A stretch of DNA of 64,000 nucleotides. Source: Myxococcota bacterium (lineage in GTDB: Bacteria; Myxococcota; XYA12-FULL-58-9; JALHOP01). The DNA lies in NCBI GenBank assembly GCA_041288095.1, contig JBGGMJ010000136.1, forward strand, positions 1 to 64,000, given 5' to 3'. How positions within the stretch are numbered: position 1 is the first letter of the stretch; the number at the start of each line of letters is the position of its first letter. Made by a program: the position numbers and the translations under genes. Under the pieces are notes generated by a model. It had not been told where the DNA came from. It searched no databases and saw only the letters and a list, made by a program, of their open reading frames with translations. Positions 50,438-58,988 of this stretch are shown here, piece after piece.

Positions 50438-51856
50438 TCAAAAGGTTAGGAGAAAACCGCTCTCGACGCCGTAGGCGCGCTGGTGCGCGTCGCTGACGAT
50501 TGCGTCCTCGGGACGGAGCACGTGTAGCGTGTCGTAGGCCATGCCCTCGATCACGTAGGCGAAGTAGCGCGTGGGCCGCAGCTCGTAGCCGAGTCGCACG
50601 CAGACGTTGTGCTTGATGCCGGGGCCGGTGGTGCCGTTCGTGAGGACCACCGTGTTGGACGCGTCGCGCGTGTAGTTCGGCAGCACATCGTCGCGGTTGA
50701 CGATGCTCGCCATGCCCGCGATTGCGTACAGGGCGTGGTGCATCGAAAACCTGCCGCGCACCGACACGAAACCGCCGTACTCATCGAGATCGGCCGCGGG
50801 TACCGCCACGGTGCCGTTGGGATTCAGCTGCGAGCCACGACCGAAGCCCAGCGCCAGCAAGCCAATGTTGGCATTGTTGCGGCCGAGATAACCTTCGACG
50901 CGGACGTCGAGGCTGTCACTGGGGTTGATCGTGAAGTAGACGGCGCCCGCCATCGCCATGGCGCGCCGCGTGTCGGGGCGATCCTTGTTGAAGATGAGCT
51001 GCGTCGCGATGCCCGAAACGCCGAGCGTCAGATCTTCGTCGACGATGGCGAGCCGCGCCGCGAAGGTCGGGAAGCGTGACAGCTCGAGCGGACCGTCGCG
51101 GCCGCCGGCGTTGTTACCACCCTGAAATCCGATGGCGACGCCCAAGTCGAAGCGCTCCGGGCGGAACACGAGCTTGAGCTGCTGACGGAAGAAGCCGGTG
51201 TTTCCCGCTTGGTACAAACCGCCGACGAAGTTGTAGGTGTGCGTCGACAGCGGCGCGTGCAGGTCGAAGTCCTGCCCGAGCTCGATGGCGAAGGCCTTGC
51301 TGGGAGCCCACGTCACCTTGGCGATGCGCAAGCGAGGAAAGGCGTTGATGATGGGCGTCGGCTTGGTGTTGTCCCAGAAGTCGACCTCGATGACTCCGCG
51401 AAAGTGACCGTTCTCGTTGACCGCGATGCCGAAGCGGCTCTGCACGATCTGCATCGAGAAGCGTCCCTGATCGTGCACGAACGAGGTGACGGGATTGCCC
51501 GCCGCGGAGATGGCGCTCGCGTTGGGCTGCGAGAACGACTCCATGCCGCGGAAGGTGTAGATCGCCGTGGGTTTGATCAGGCCGTAGACGCGCACCGCGG
51601 GCAAGGCGTCGAAGGGCTCTTCCTGCGGCGGCGCGAGCACGAGGTCGGCGGAGCCGCCGGTCGGCTTCGAAATGTCCTGCGACGGGATGATGGCCGCCCC
51701 GCCGTTCGACGGAGAATCATCGACGCGCTTCTTGTCGCCGTCTTGATCGCCCCAGAGCCCTCCTGAGGGAGGAGTCTGCTCGTCTTTTTCACCGGCGGCA
51801 GCGCCGCTCGCGAGAACGGCGCTGCAGAACATCGCGACCGCGATGAGCTTCATCAT
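50438..51856 (-). CDS. putative outer-membrane beta-barrel (DcaP-like porin)
   Basis: signal peptide; VYGLIK, QSRFG, GVIEVDF, PRLRIA, LGQD; terminal Phe. Confidence 0.7.
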   Translation of the reverse strand: MMKLIAVAMFCSAVLASGAAAGEKDEQTPPSGGLWGDQDGDKKRVDDSPSNGGAAIIPSQDISKPTGGSADLVLAPPQEEPFDALPAVRVYGLIKPTAIYTFRGMESFSQPNASAISAAGNPVTSFVHDQGRFSMQIVQSRFGIAVNENGHFRGVIEVDFWDNTKPTPIINAFPRLRIAKVTWAPSKAFAIELGQDFDLHAPLSTHTYNFVGGLYQAGNTGFFRQQLKLVFRPERFDLGVAIGFQGGNNAGGRDGPLELSRFPTFAARLAIVDEDLTLGVSGIATQLIFNKDRPDTRRAMAMAGAVYFTINPSDSLDVRVEGYLGRNNANIGLLALGFGRGSQLNPNGTVAVPAADLDEYGGFVSVRGRFSMHHALYAIAGMASIVNRDDVLPNYTRDASNTVVLTNGTTGPGIKHNVCVRLGYELRPTRYFAYVIEGMAYDTLHVLRPEDAIVSDAHQRAYGVESGFLLTF

Positions 51857-51859
51857 GCG

Positions 51860-53473
51860 CTACTGACCCGGACACTCACCCGAGATGCAGGGGCAGGTGT
51901 TGGAGTTGACGCAATCGAACGTGGCGATGTCTTCGTAACGGCCGCCACGCACCGTGAACAACGCGACGCGGTTCTTGATGTTGCCGAGCGCGTCGTAGTC
52001 CACCGGTCCGGAAGCGCCGGTGTACTCGATGGGTTGTCGCGCCTGGATGGTGCGGATGGCAATGCGAATGTTGTCGATACCCGGGCCGACCGGCGTGATG
52101 TCCGCTCCAGCGGGGCACGACGTCTCCGGACGCGCCACGCACGTGGTTGCCGGCGGGACTGGTGTGCACGTCGGGGCATAGGCACGCGCTGCGTTCACGC
52201 TACTGCAAGGCATCGCGTTGCGAACCTGCACGCCGGTGATCTGATCCGGCGCGGCCGCGTCCTGCATGGCCGTGAACATGCCGAGGAGCATGGTCATCGC
52301 GTTGTCGTAGTAGATGGCATCGCGATAAACCGGAACGAGACCGAACTTCGCCTGGAAGTCCGTCGCGAACTGATCACCCGTCGGCCCGTCCTTGACGACG
52401 TGCGAGACGCCGATCTCGCCTTCCGCGAGCTCACCGAGCACCAGGAGGTTCGAGCTGAAGCGGAAGGTCTGGAAGTGGACGACGCGAATCGAGCTGCCGA
52501 GACCCGGAAGGTTGCGGCCCTTGATGTTGGTGATGAACTGCACGTCGTTACGCCCGAAGGTCGCGACGGCGATGTAGTCGGGCTGCGCCGGCAGGAGGTC
52601 CGGCTCCGGCGGCGGCAGCGCGGTCTGCCCGGTGGGCGGAGGATTCGTGTTGAAGTGCGGGTTGTTGGGATAGTTGCCGTTGGTCGGGGTGAGGTCGACG
52701 TTCTGCGCGTCGAGCATGCCGTCGATGTCGGTGCTGAAATCGATGTCACGCGGATCTTGCGCGTTGTTGTGGAGCTTGCGCTCGAACACCACGCGACTCT
52801 GCTGATCGCGTGGCACCAGCTTCAGGAGCTCGGTCGCGACCGCGGTGGTCGTTGCCTGCCCGAACGCTTCGTCGGAGCCGTAGGTCTGCACCTTGATGAT
52901 GCCGTCGCCGTTGACGTCGCCGCCGTTCGGGGAGGCACGAATGAGCTGCGCCACGACCTGCGCCTGGAGGCCCGTCGACATGATGGTCCGCGACATCCAG
53001 AACTGACTGTTGCGGCGTGAAGCCTGGAGATCGGCGTCCGTTGGAACGGACGCGGTCGCCGAGAGAAAGCTACCACCGGTGCAGCTGCTGCACTGCATGG
53101 GGATCTGGAGCTCGTCGGTGACCCCCGGCTTGTTGGCTTCCTCGGCGATCTGCGTGGTGTCGATGGTCGCGGCTCTTGCGCCATCACGAACCGTGTCGCG
53201 AATACGATTGATGGCGCGGCTGTCCGCGCCGCCGACGACGTCGTTCTCGGAGTTCTGGGGACTGAGCTTGAAGTGGAAGCCCGTCTGCCCTTCCGCCGCG
53301 AGCGCGTCGTTGAACTGCCCCAACGCAAGCTCGACGGCCTGCAGCCAGGAAAGCTCCGAGTTGTTGCCGGTCTGATCGATGACCGCGCCGAGGACGACGG
53401 GCGTGCCCGGCTCGCTGTCACTGCTACAACCGATCGCGCTGAGCGCCACCAGCAGGGCGAGAGAATACTTCAT
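51860..53473 (-). CDS. lipoprotein, type I periplasmic substrate-binding fold
   Basis: lipobox LSAIGC; VLGAVIDQTG, YGSDEAFGQ, YYDNA, IEYTGASGPVDYDALGN. Confidence 0.75.
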   Translation of the reverse strand: MKYSLALLVALSAIGCSSDSEPGTPVVLGAVIDQTGNNSELSWLQAVELALGQFNDALAAEGQTGFHFKLSPQNSENDVVGGADSRAINRIRDTVRDGARAATIDTTQIAEEANKPGVTDELQIPMQCSSCTGGSFLSATASVPTDADLQASRRNSQFWMSRTIMSTGLQAQVVAQLIRASPNGGDVNGDGIIKVQTYGSDEAFGQATTTAVATELLKLVPRDQQSRVVFERKLHNNAQDPRDIDFSTDIDGMLDAQNVDLTPTNGNYPNNPHFNTNPPPTGQTALPPPEPDLLPAQPDYIAVATFGRNDVQFITNIKGRNLPGLGSSIRVVHFQTFRFSSNLLVLGELAEGEIGVSHVVKDGPTGDQFATDFQAKFGLVPVYRDAIYYDNAMTMLLGMFTAMQDAAAPDQITGVQVRNAMPCSSVNAARAYAPTCTPVPPATTCVARPETSCPAGADITPVGPGIDNIRIAIRTIQARQPIEYTGASGPVDYDALGNIKNRVALFTVRGGRYEDIATFDCVNSNTCPCISGECPGQ

Positions 53474-53512
53474 GACCCGCGCTCCTCCCGAAAACGACGC
53501 TTGGGCGAAGCG

Positions 53513-55756
53513 TCAGAACGTTTGCGACAACCTGAAGAAGAACTGACGACCTACGCTCGGGATGTCGAAGCCGCCATGCCCCGGGTAGCTGAAGCGCGCG
53601 TCGAGAACGTTCTTCACGCCCGCGAGCAGCCGCGTCTCGGCTTCATCCCCGAACAGGAAAATATCCAAAGACGTAAGTGTAAGGTCGAATGTAGCATAGG
53701 CTGGTAATTCGTACACGCCGCGGTTGTTCAAGAGCACGTTGCTCTGCGAGGCGCCGCGCGGCCCGACGACGCGCGCGGTGGCGTCGATGGCCATGAACGC
53801 TTCCGGCAGTCGCATCGTAAGGCCCGAGTAGATCGTGAAGTTCGGGAACTCGGGCGGCGCCTTGAAGCCGAAATTCTGCGTCCGAATCGTGTCCTCGTAG
53901 TTCTGAGCCTGCGCCGAGCCGGTGAAGTAACCCGAGAAGCGCGGCGAGCTGGCGCGGAAGCCGAGCTCACCACCCGCGATGTCTTGGTTCGCGAGGTTAC
54001 GCGTCGTGAAGTTGGTCGTGATCTGCGTGAACTCGACCTTGTCGTAGATGCGCTGGTAGTAGACCGAGCCGTCGATGGCGATGCTGTTCGTTACAGCGTA
54101 CGTCGTCGCCAGCTCGGTGCTGAATACCGACTGCGGCTCGACCGGCGGCAAACCCGTGCTGTCGCCGATGGTGCGGTTACCGACCGTGTTGTACGCGGCG
54201 CCGAAGCCCGGCTGCGCGAACAGCTGCACACCGGACGGCGTCTGGAAGGCGCGGCCGACGAAGAGCTTGCTGGTGACGCGCGGGCTGAACTGGTACGCGA
54301 GACCGGCGCGCCAGCTCAGCTGGTCACGGAACAGATTCGGTGCGTCATAGCGGATGTTGCCGAGGAGATAGAGATCGGGGGCGGCGCTGAACGGGTTACC
54401 ACCGATCTGCGCATAGACGCCGGTGTTGCTGATCGTCTGGCGCCGATCGACGCCGACGCCGATGCGGTCGAGGGTGTCACCGATGGCGCTGCCGGGCGGC
54501 GGGTCTTGGCCCGCCACGGGCTCCACGCGTCGAGTGAAGAAGAGGATGTCTTCGCGGTCGTAGCTGTAGTCGGCGCCGACCTTGAGCTCGAGTTGCGCCG
54601 GGAGGCTGGCTTCGAGCGCGCCGCCCACACCCGCCGCAGTGTAGCCGAAGTTACGCGAGTAGCTGAACTGCGGCATGTCGGCGTTCGACATGAGCCGGTC
54701 GTTGTCGGTCGGCGAGCCACCGGAGACGTCGGCGTTGATGGACAACGTCACGTCACGGCCGTAGCCGTAGATGTAGTTGAGGCTCGCCCAGTTGTTGGTG
54801 AGGGCGATGCGGCTGTTGTGCGTCAGGGTCGCGCCGGGCTGGAACTCGGCGACCGAGTCCAGCATCTGCATACCGCCTTGCAGCTTGAAGATGCCGAGGC
54901 TGTCGAAGTTGCCGTTGAAGGCGCCGTAGAGTGACTTCGGCCGCGTCTTGTCGTTCTGACTCTCCGCGCCGCCGAAGAAACCGCGGAAGAGCGCCGAGGT
55001 ATCGTCCTGGTTGATGAAGGTCTTGTGCAGGCGCAGGCCGGAGCGGTCGACCGTCTCTTGCGAGTACGCGACCATGATGTTGATCTTGTCGTTGCCGTAG
55101 CCGACGCGTCCGCTAAAGCCGAGCCCGCTATTGCTGTTCACCGAGCGCATCTGGCCGCCGAGCTCACCGGTCAAGCCGTTGTTGGGCTGGCGCGTGATGA
55201 TGTTCACGGTCGCGAGGAAGGCGTTGGCGCCGTAGAGCGCCGAGAGCGGGCCCTTGGCGATCTCGATGCGCTCGACCATCTCGAACGGGATGTACTCGGA
55301 GCCCAGGAAGGCCGTGAGGTCGGGGCGGAAGTTGACGGCGGTGCCGTTGATCATCACGCGGACGATGCGGGTACCACCACGCAGACCGGGAGACACGCCG
55401 CGGACGCCGACCGACGGCAGCACCAAGTCGTCGATGACGTACAAGCCGGGTGTGTTTGCCAAGACCTCGGCGAGCGTCGTCCAGCCGTGGCGGTAGATTT
55501 CGTCGCGCTCCCAGGTAACGACGTTCGCTGGTGCGAGCGCTCGAGACTGCTCGCGGCCCGTCGCGGTGATGACCGGCGCGTTGAGCAAGATCTCCGTATC
55601 CAGCGACGTCGCGCCTTCGATCGGCGTATTGGTCACGTCGGTCGCTGAGGTCTGCGCGCGTACTATCGTCGGCGACCCGACGAGACTCGCGACGACGAGC
55701 AGACACGTAGGGACTGCGCTGGAAACCCAGCGAGGGAGTCGGCCGTTGTGTATCAC
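53513..55756 (-). CDS. TonB-dependent receptor
   Basis: VITATGREQSRALAPANV, TLAEVLANTPG, VERIEIAKGPLSALYGANAF, GRQFFFRLSQTF. Confidence 0.9.
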   Translation of the reverse strand: MIHNGRLPRWVSSAVPTCLLVVASLVGSPTIVRAQTSATDVTNTPIEGATSLDTEILLNAPVITATGREQSRALAPANVVTWERDEIYRHGWTTLAEVLANTPGLYVIDDLVLPSVGVRGVSPGLRGGTRIVRVMINGTAVNFRPDLTAFLGSEYIPFEMVERIEIAKGPLSALYGANAFLATVNIITRQPNNGLTGELGGQMRSVNSNSGLGFSGRVGYGNDKINIMVAYSQETVDRSGLRLHKTFINQDDTSALFRGFFGGAESQNDKTRPKSLYGAFNGNFDSLGIFKLQGGMQMLDSVAEFQPGATLTHNSRIALTNNWASLNYIYGYGRDVTLSINADVSGGSPTDNDRLMSNADMPQFSYSRNFGYTAAGVGGALEASLPAQLELKVGADYSYDREDILFFTRRVEPVAGQDPPPGSAIGDTLDRIGVGVDRRQTISNTGVYAQIGGNPFSAAPDLYLLGNIRYDAPNLFRDQLSWRAGLAYQFSPRVTSKLFVGRAFQTPSGVQLFAQPGFGAAYNTVGNRTIGDSTGLPPVEPQSVFSTELATTYAVTNSIAIDGSVYYQRIYDKVEFTQITTNFTTRNLANQDIAGGELGFRASSPRFSGYFTGSAQAQNYEDTIRTQNFGFKAPPEFPNFTIYSGLTMRLPEAFMAIDATARVVGPRGASQSNVLLNNRGVYELPAYATFDLTLTSLDIFLFGDEAETRLLAGVKNVLDARFSYPGHGGFDIPSVGRQFFFRLSQTF

Positions 55757-55836
55757 GGTGCCCGTTCTAACAGCCGAGAAGATCTTCGACCAAGATTTTT
55801 TGTCGAAGCGACTTCTCCTCGCGATCCTCGAACAAG

Positions 55837-56922
55837 CTATTGCGACAAGAATCCGTAGGCGCGGACGTCACGCAAACAGCGTGCAAGATCGCGCGGCCCC
55901 ACGCGTAGCGCGAGCTTCGTCACCGCTTCGCGCAACACCAGCACGTCGCGTCGCTCGCCTGGTGCCAGAAGTGGGCGATGCCCCACACCCTGCACGAATG
56001 ACTTGGCGTCAGGGGCTTTCCCGACGACATGTGTGTCCTCTGAAGCGGATTCCGGCGCGAGGGTCAGAGCGTCGGAGCCTTCGCCGCAGCCGTGCGCGAC
56101 ATCGAGGATCACCATCGGCCGGTCACCGCTGTCGATCTCCAACACCCCTTCGTCGCCGGGATTGGCGACGAACGAGGTCTCGCGACTATCATCCGTCAAA
56201 ACGGACAGGTCCTCGATGACGGACGGGTCGCCACGTCGCCATGAGACCTTGATGGCGCGCGGCGCCACGAAGCTGCGCGGCCTCTCCTCGACGACGATGC
56301 GTACGCCGTCGTCGGACAAGACGCGCTGGCGCACCGACTTGAGCACCTCGACCTCACCGGACGCGCCGCGCAAGTGGACCGTCTGCGCGCGATCGATGAC
56401 GTGCACCATCCCCGCCTCGTCGACCAACACGCCAGCCGGCACCTCGCCCGGGCTCACGAGCTCGTACCCCGGCTTCTGCAGGTTGACCTGCTCCTGAAAG
56501 ACCGCGCCGCAGGGTTGATTCGCCGGCAGCAACGCGAACGACTGCTGCAAGGTGTCGGGATTCTCGGTGCTGGCGACCACGAGCAGGAGCTCCCGGGGAC
56601 CAGGCTTCACCCAGCGCATGGTCTCGAGCTCTTCGCCCGCCAAGGTTGGGCCGGTGCACGCATGCGACCACACCCCGCCCTTCTCGGTCGGCGTCTGCAA
56701 GAAGACCTGCGGTTTCATCGCCGGGCCATCGCGGGTCACCACGACCGCGTCGGCGACTCCGTCACCGTTGAAGTCGTAGTCGAGAAAGCCGAGCGCGTCC
56801 TTACGCACCTTCTTGAAGGCGTCGCTGTCCTTGAACGGCGTCGGCTGGACCTGCACCTTGCCTGCGCAGCTCGCCGCCAAGAGCGCGAGCAGCGCACCGC
56901 CAAAACGAACGACAGACTTCAC
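55837..56922 (-). CDS. hypothetical lipoprotein
   Basis: lipobox LLAASC; DFNGDGVAD Ca-binding/FG-GAP-like motif; starts right after the acyl-CoA ligase stop. Confidence 0.65.
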   Translation of the reverse strand: MKSVVRFGGALLALLAASCAGKVQVQPTPFKDSDAFKKVRKDALGFLDYDFNGDGVADAVVVTRDGPAMKPQVFLQTPTEKGGVWSHACTGPTLAGEELETMRWVKPGPRELLLVVASTENPDTLQQSFALLPANQPCGAVFQEQVNLQKPGYELVSPGEVPAGVLVDEAGMVHVIDRAQTVHLRGASGEVEVLKSVRQRVLSDDGVRIVVEERPRSFVAPRAIKVSWRRGDPSVIEDLSVLTDDSRETSFVANPGDEGVLEIDSGDRPMVILDVAHGCGEGSDALTLAPESASEDTHVVGKAPDAKSFVQGVGHRPLLAPGERRDVLVLREAVTKLALRVGPRDLARCLRDVRAYGFLSQ

Positions 56923-56923
56923 G

Positions 56924-58741
56924 TCAGTCCGCGCCGCCGGCACCCTCGTACATGGAGTCGAAGACCTTCTTGTAGCGCTCGTTGACCACCTTGCGCTTGA
57001 TCTTCAGCGACGGGGTCATCTCGCCGCTCTCGACCGAGAAGTCGTGATCGAGGATGGCGAAGCGCTTGATGCTCTCGTAGCTCGCGAGCTGCTTGTTGAC
57101 CTGGGTGATCCAAGCGTCGACCATCTTCTCAATCTCGGGACGCTTCGTGAGCTCCTCGAGCGAGCCGTTTGCCAGGCCCTCTTCCTTGGCGACGTTCTTC
57201 AAGACGTCGGGGTCGAGCGTCACCACCGCGGTCAGGTACTTGCGCTTGTCGCCGTGCACCACCGCTTGCGAGATCAGCTTGTGCGTCTTGAGGACGTTCT
57301 CGATGTTCTGCGGCGCGACGTTCTTGCCGCCGGCGGTAACGATGATGTCCTTCTTGCGGTCGGTGATCTTGAGCGTGCCACCGGGCTCGATCATGCCGAT
57401 GTCACCGGTGGAGAACCAGCCGTCCTTGAGCACTTCCGCCGTAGCGGACGGGTTGTTCCAGTACTCGCTCATGACGCCGCGGCCCTTGATGAGGATTTCG
57501 CCGTCCGAGGCAATCTTCACCTCGGTGCCGGGGAGCGGCAGGCCGACCGAGCCGATGCTGTTCTGGCCGGGGCGGTTGACGAAGCTCGCGGCGGAGGTCT
57601 CGGTGAGGCCGTAGCCCTCGAGGATCTCGATGCCGGCGTCGCGGAAGAACCAGTTGATCTTCGGCGACAAGGGAGCGCCGCCCGACACCAGGATGCGCAT
57701 GCGGCCACCGAGCAGATCGCTCAGGCCCTTGCCGACCTTCGAGAACACCAGCTTCTTCAAGACCGCGAACTTGATGCTGTCGCGCAGACCCAATGAGCGG
57801 TTCTCCTTCTCGGCCTCGCCGTTCTTCTGCGACAGGTCGACCGCCGCATTGAAGAGCTTGGCCTTGAGGCCGCCGGGCGCGGTGCCCTTCTGCACCACCG
57901 CCGAGAAGAACTTCTCGAAGACGCGCGGCACGCCGCACATGATGGTCGGACGAACCTCGCCCAGGTTTTCCTTGATGGTCTGCATGTTCTCGGCGAAAGC
58001 CATGACGTAGCGGCACGACAGCCAAGCAGCCTCGAGAACGCGGCCGAACGAGTGCGACAGCGGCAGGAAGAAGAGCTGGATGTCGCTTTCGCGGAGCACG
58101 TTGATCGCTTGCACCGCTTCGGCCTCGTACGCCATCGCGTCGTGAGTGAGCACGACCCCTTTGGGCTTGCCGGTGGTGCCCGAGGTATAGATGAGCGTGA
58201 ACGGCGACTCTTTCTTCAGCGCCTTGCGCCGGGCGTCGAGCTCCGTCTTCACCTTCTCGACGTCTCCACCCTGCTTGATGAAGGCGTCGTAGGTGATCAC
58301 CCAGCCGTCTGCGTTGGCGGACACGTTGCCCGTCATCTGCACGATGCGGCGAAGGTCGGGCATGTTCTTGCGCTCGGCGAGCATCTTCTCGGTCTGCTTC
58401 TCGTCCTCGACGAAGGCGAGGACGGCGCCGCTGTTCTGCGCGATGTAGCCGCACTCCTCGGCGAGCGATGACGGATAGACCGGCACGGTGATGCCGCCGG
58501 CGTGCAGGATGGCCATGTCGAGGATGACCCACTCGAGACGCGTGTTCGACACGATGTGAACGCGGTCGCCGCCTTTCACACCCTGCGCGAGCAACCCCGC
58601 CGACGCACGCATCGCTTCGTCGTAGAGCTGCTTCCAGGTGCGCTCTTCGTAGCGGCCGGCGCGCTTTTCCAGCGCTGCGACCTTCGTTGCGTGCTGCTCG
58701 GCGTTCTCGACGAATAGATCAAGGATGGTTGTGCGGGCCAT
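56924..58741 (-). CDS. long-chain fatty acid--CoA ligase (FadD-like)
   Basis: YTSGTTGKPKG, LPLSH, VPRVFEK, EGYGLTET, GWFSTGDIG, DRKKDIIVTAGGKNVAP, TPSLKIKR. Confidence 0.92.
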   Translation of the reverse strand: MARTTILDLFVENAEQHATKVAALEKRAGRYEERTWKQLYDEAMRASAGLLAQGVKGGDRVHIVSNTRLEWVILDMAILHAGGITVPVYPSSLAEECGYIAQNSGAVLAFVEDEKQTEKMLAERKNMPDLRRIVQMTGNVSANADGWVITYDAFIKQGGDVEKVKTELDARRKALKKESPFTLIYTSGTTGKPKGVVLTHDAMAYEAEAVQAINVLRESDIQLFFLPLSHSFGRVLEAAWLSCRYVMAFAENMQTIKENLGEVRPTIMCGVPRVFEKFFSAVVQKGTAPGGLKAKLFNAAVDLSQKNGEAEKENRSLGLRDSIKFAVLKKLVFSKVGKGLSDLLGGRMRILVSGGAPLSPKINWFFRDAGIEILEGYGLTETSAASFVNRPGQNSIGSVGLPLPGTEVKIASDGEILIKGRGVMSEYWNNPSATAEVLKDGWFSTGDIGMIEPGGTLKITDRKKDIIVTAGGKNVAPQNIENVLKTHKLISQAVVHGDKRKYLTAVVTLDPDVLKNVAKEEGLANGSLEELTKRPEIEKMVDAWITQVNKQLASYESIKRFAILDHDFSVESGEMTPSLKIKRKVVNERYKKVFDSMYEGAGGAD

Positions 58742-58988
58742 GGGCGGCTCTCTAGCTCCAGGTTGGCAGCCTCTGCAAGTCGCGTCGAAACCAAGCGGCA
58801 TGTGGCGCAATTCCGCACTTCGCGATCGCTGTGCGCTGCGTCCGGCGAATCGGCTGCGAAAGTCGGCCGCTGCGTCACATCGACATTGACCCGCGCTCGA
58901 AAACCCCTTACCGACGTGCGCACGAAAGAGCGCCCGTGCGAATCGACCGAGACGTGGCTCGGTCGCTGTCGCCGGCAAGGAGAGCCTG

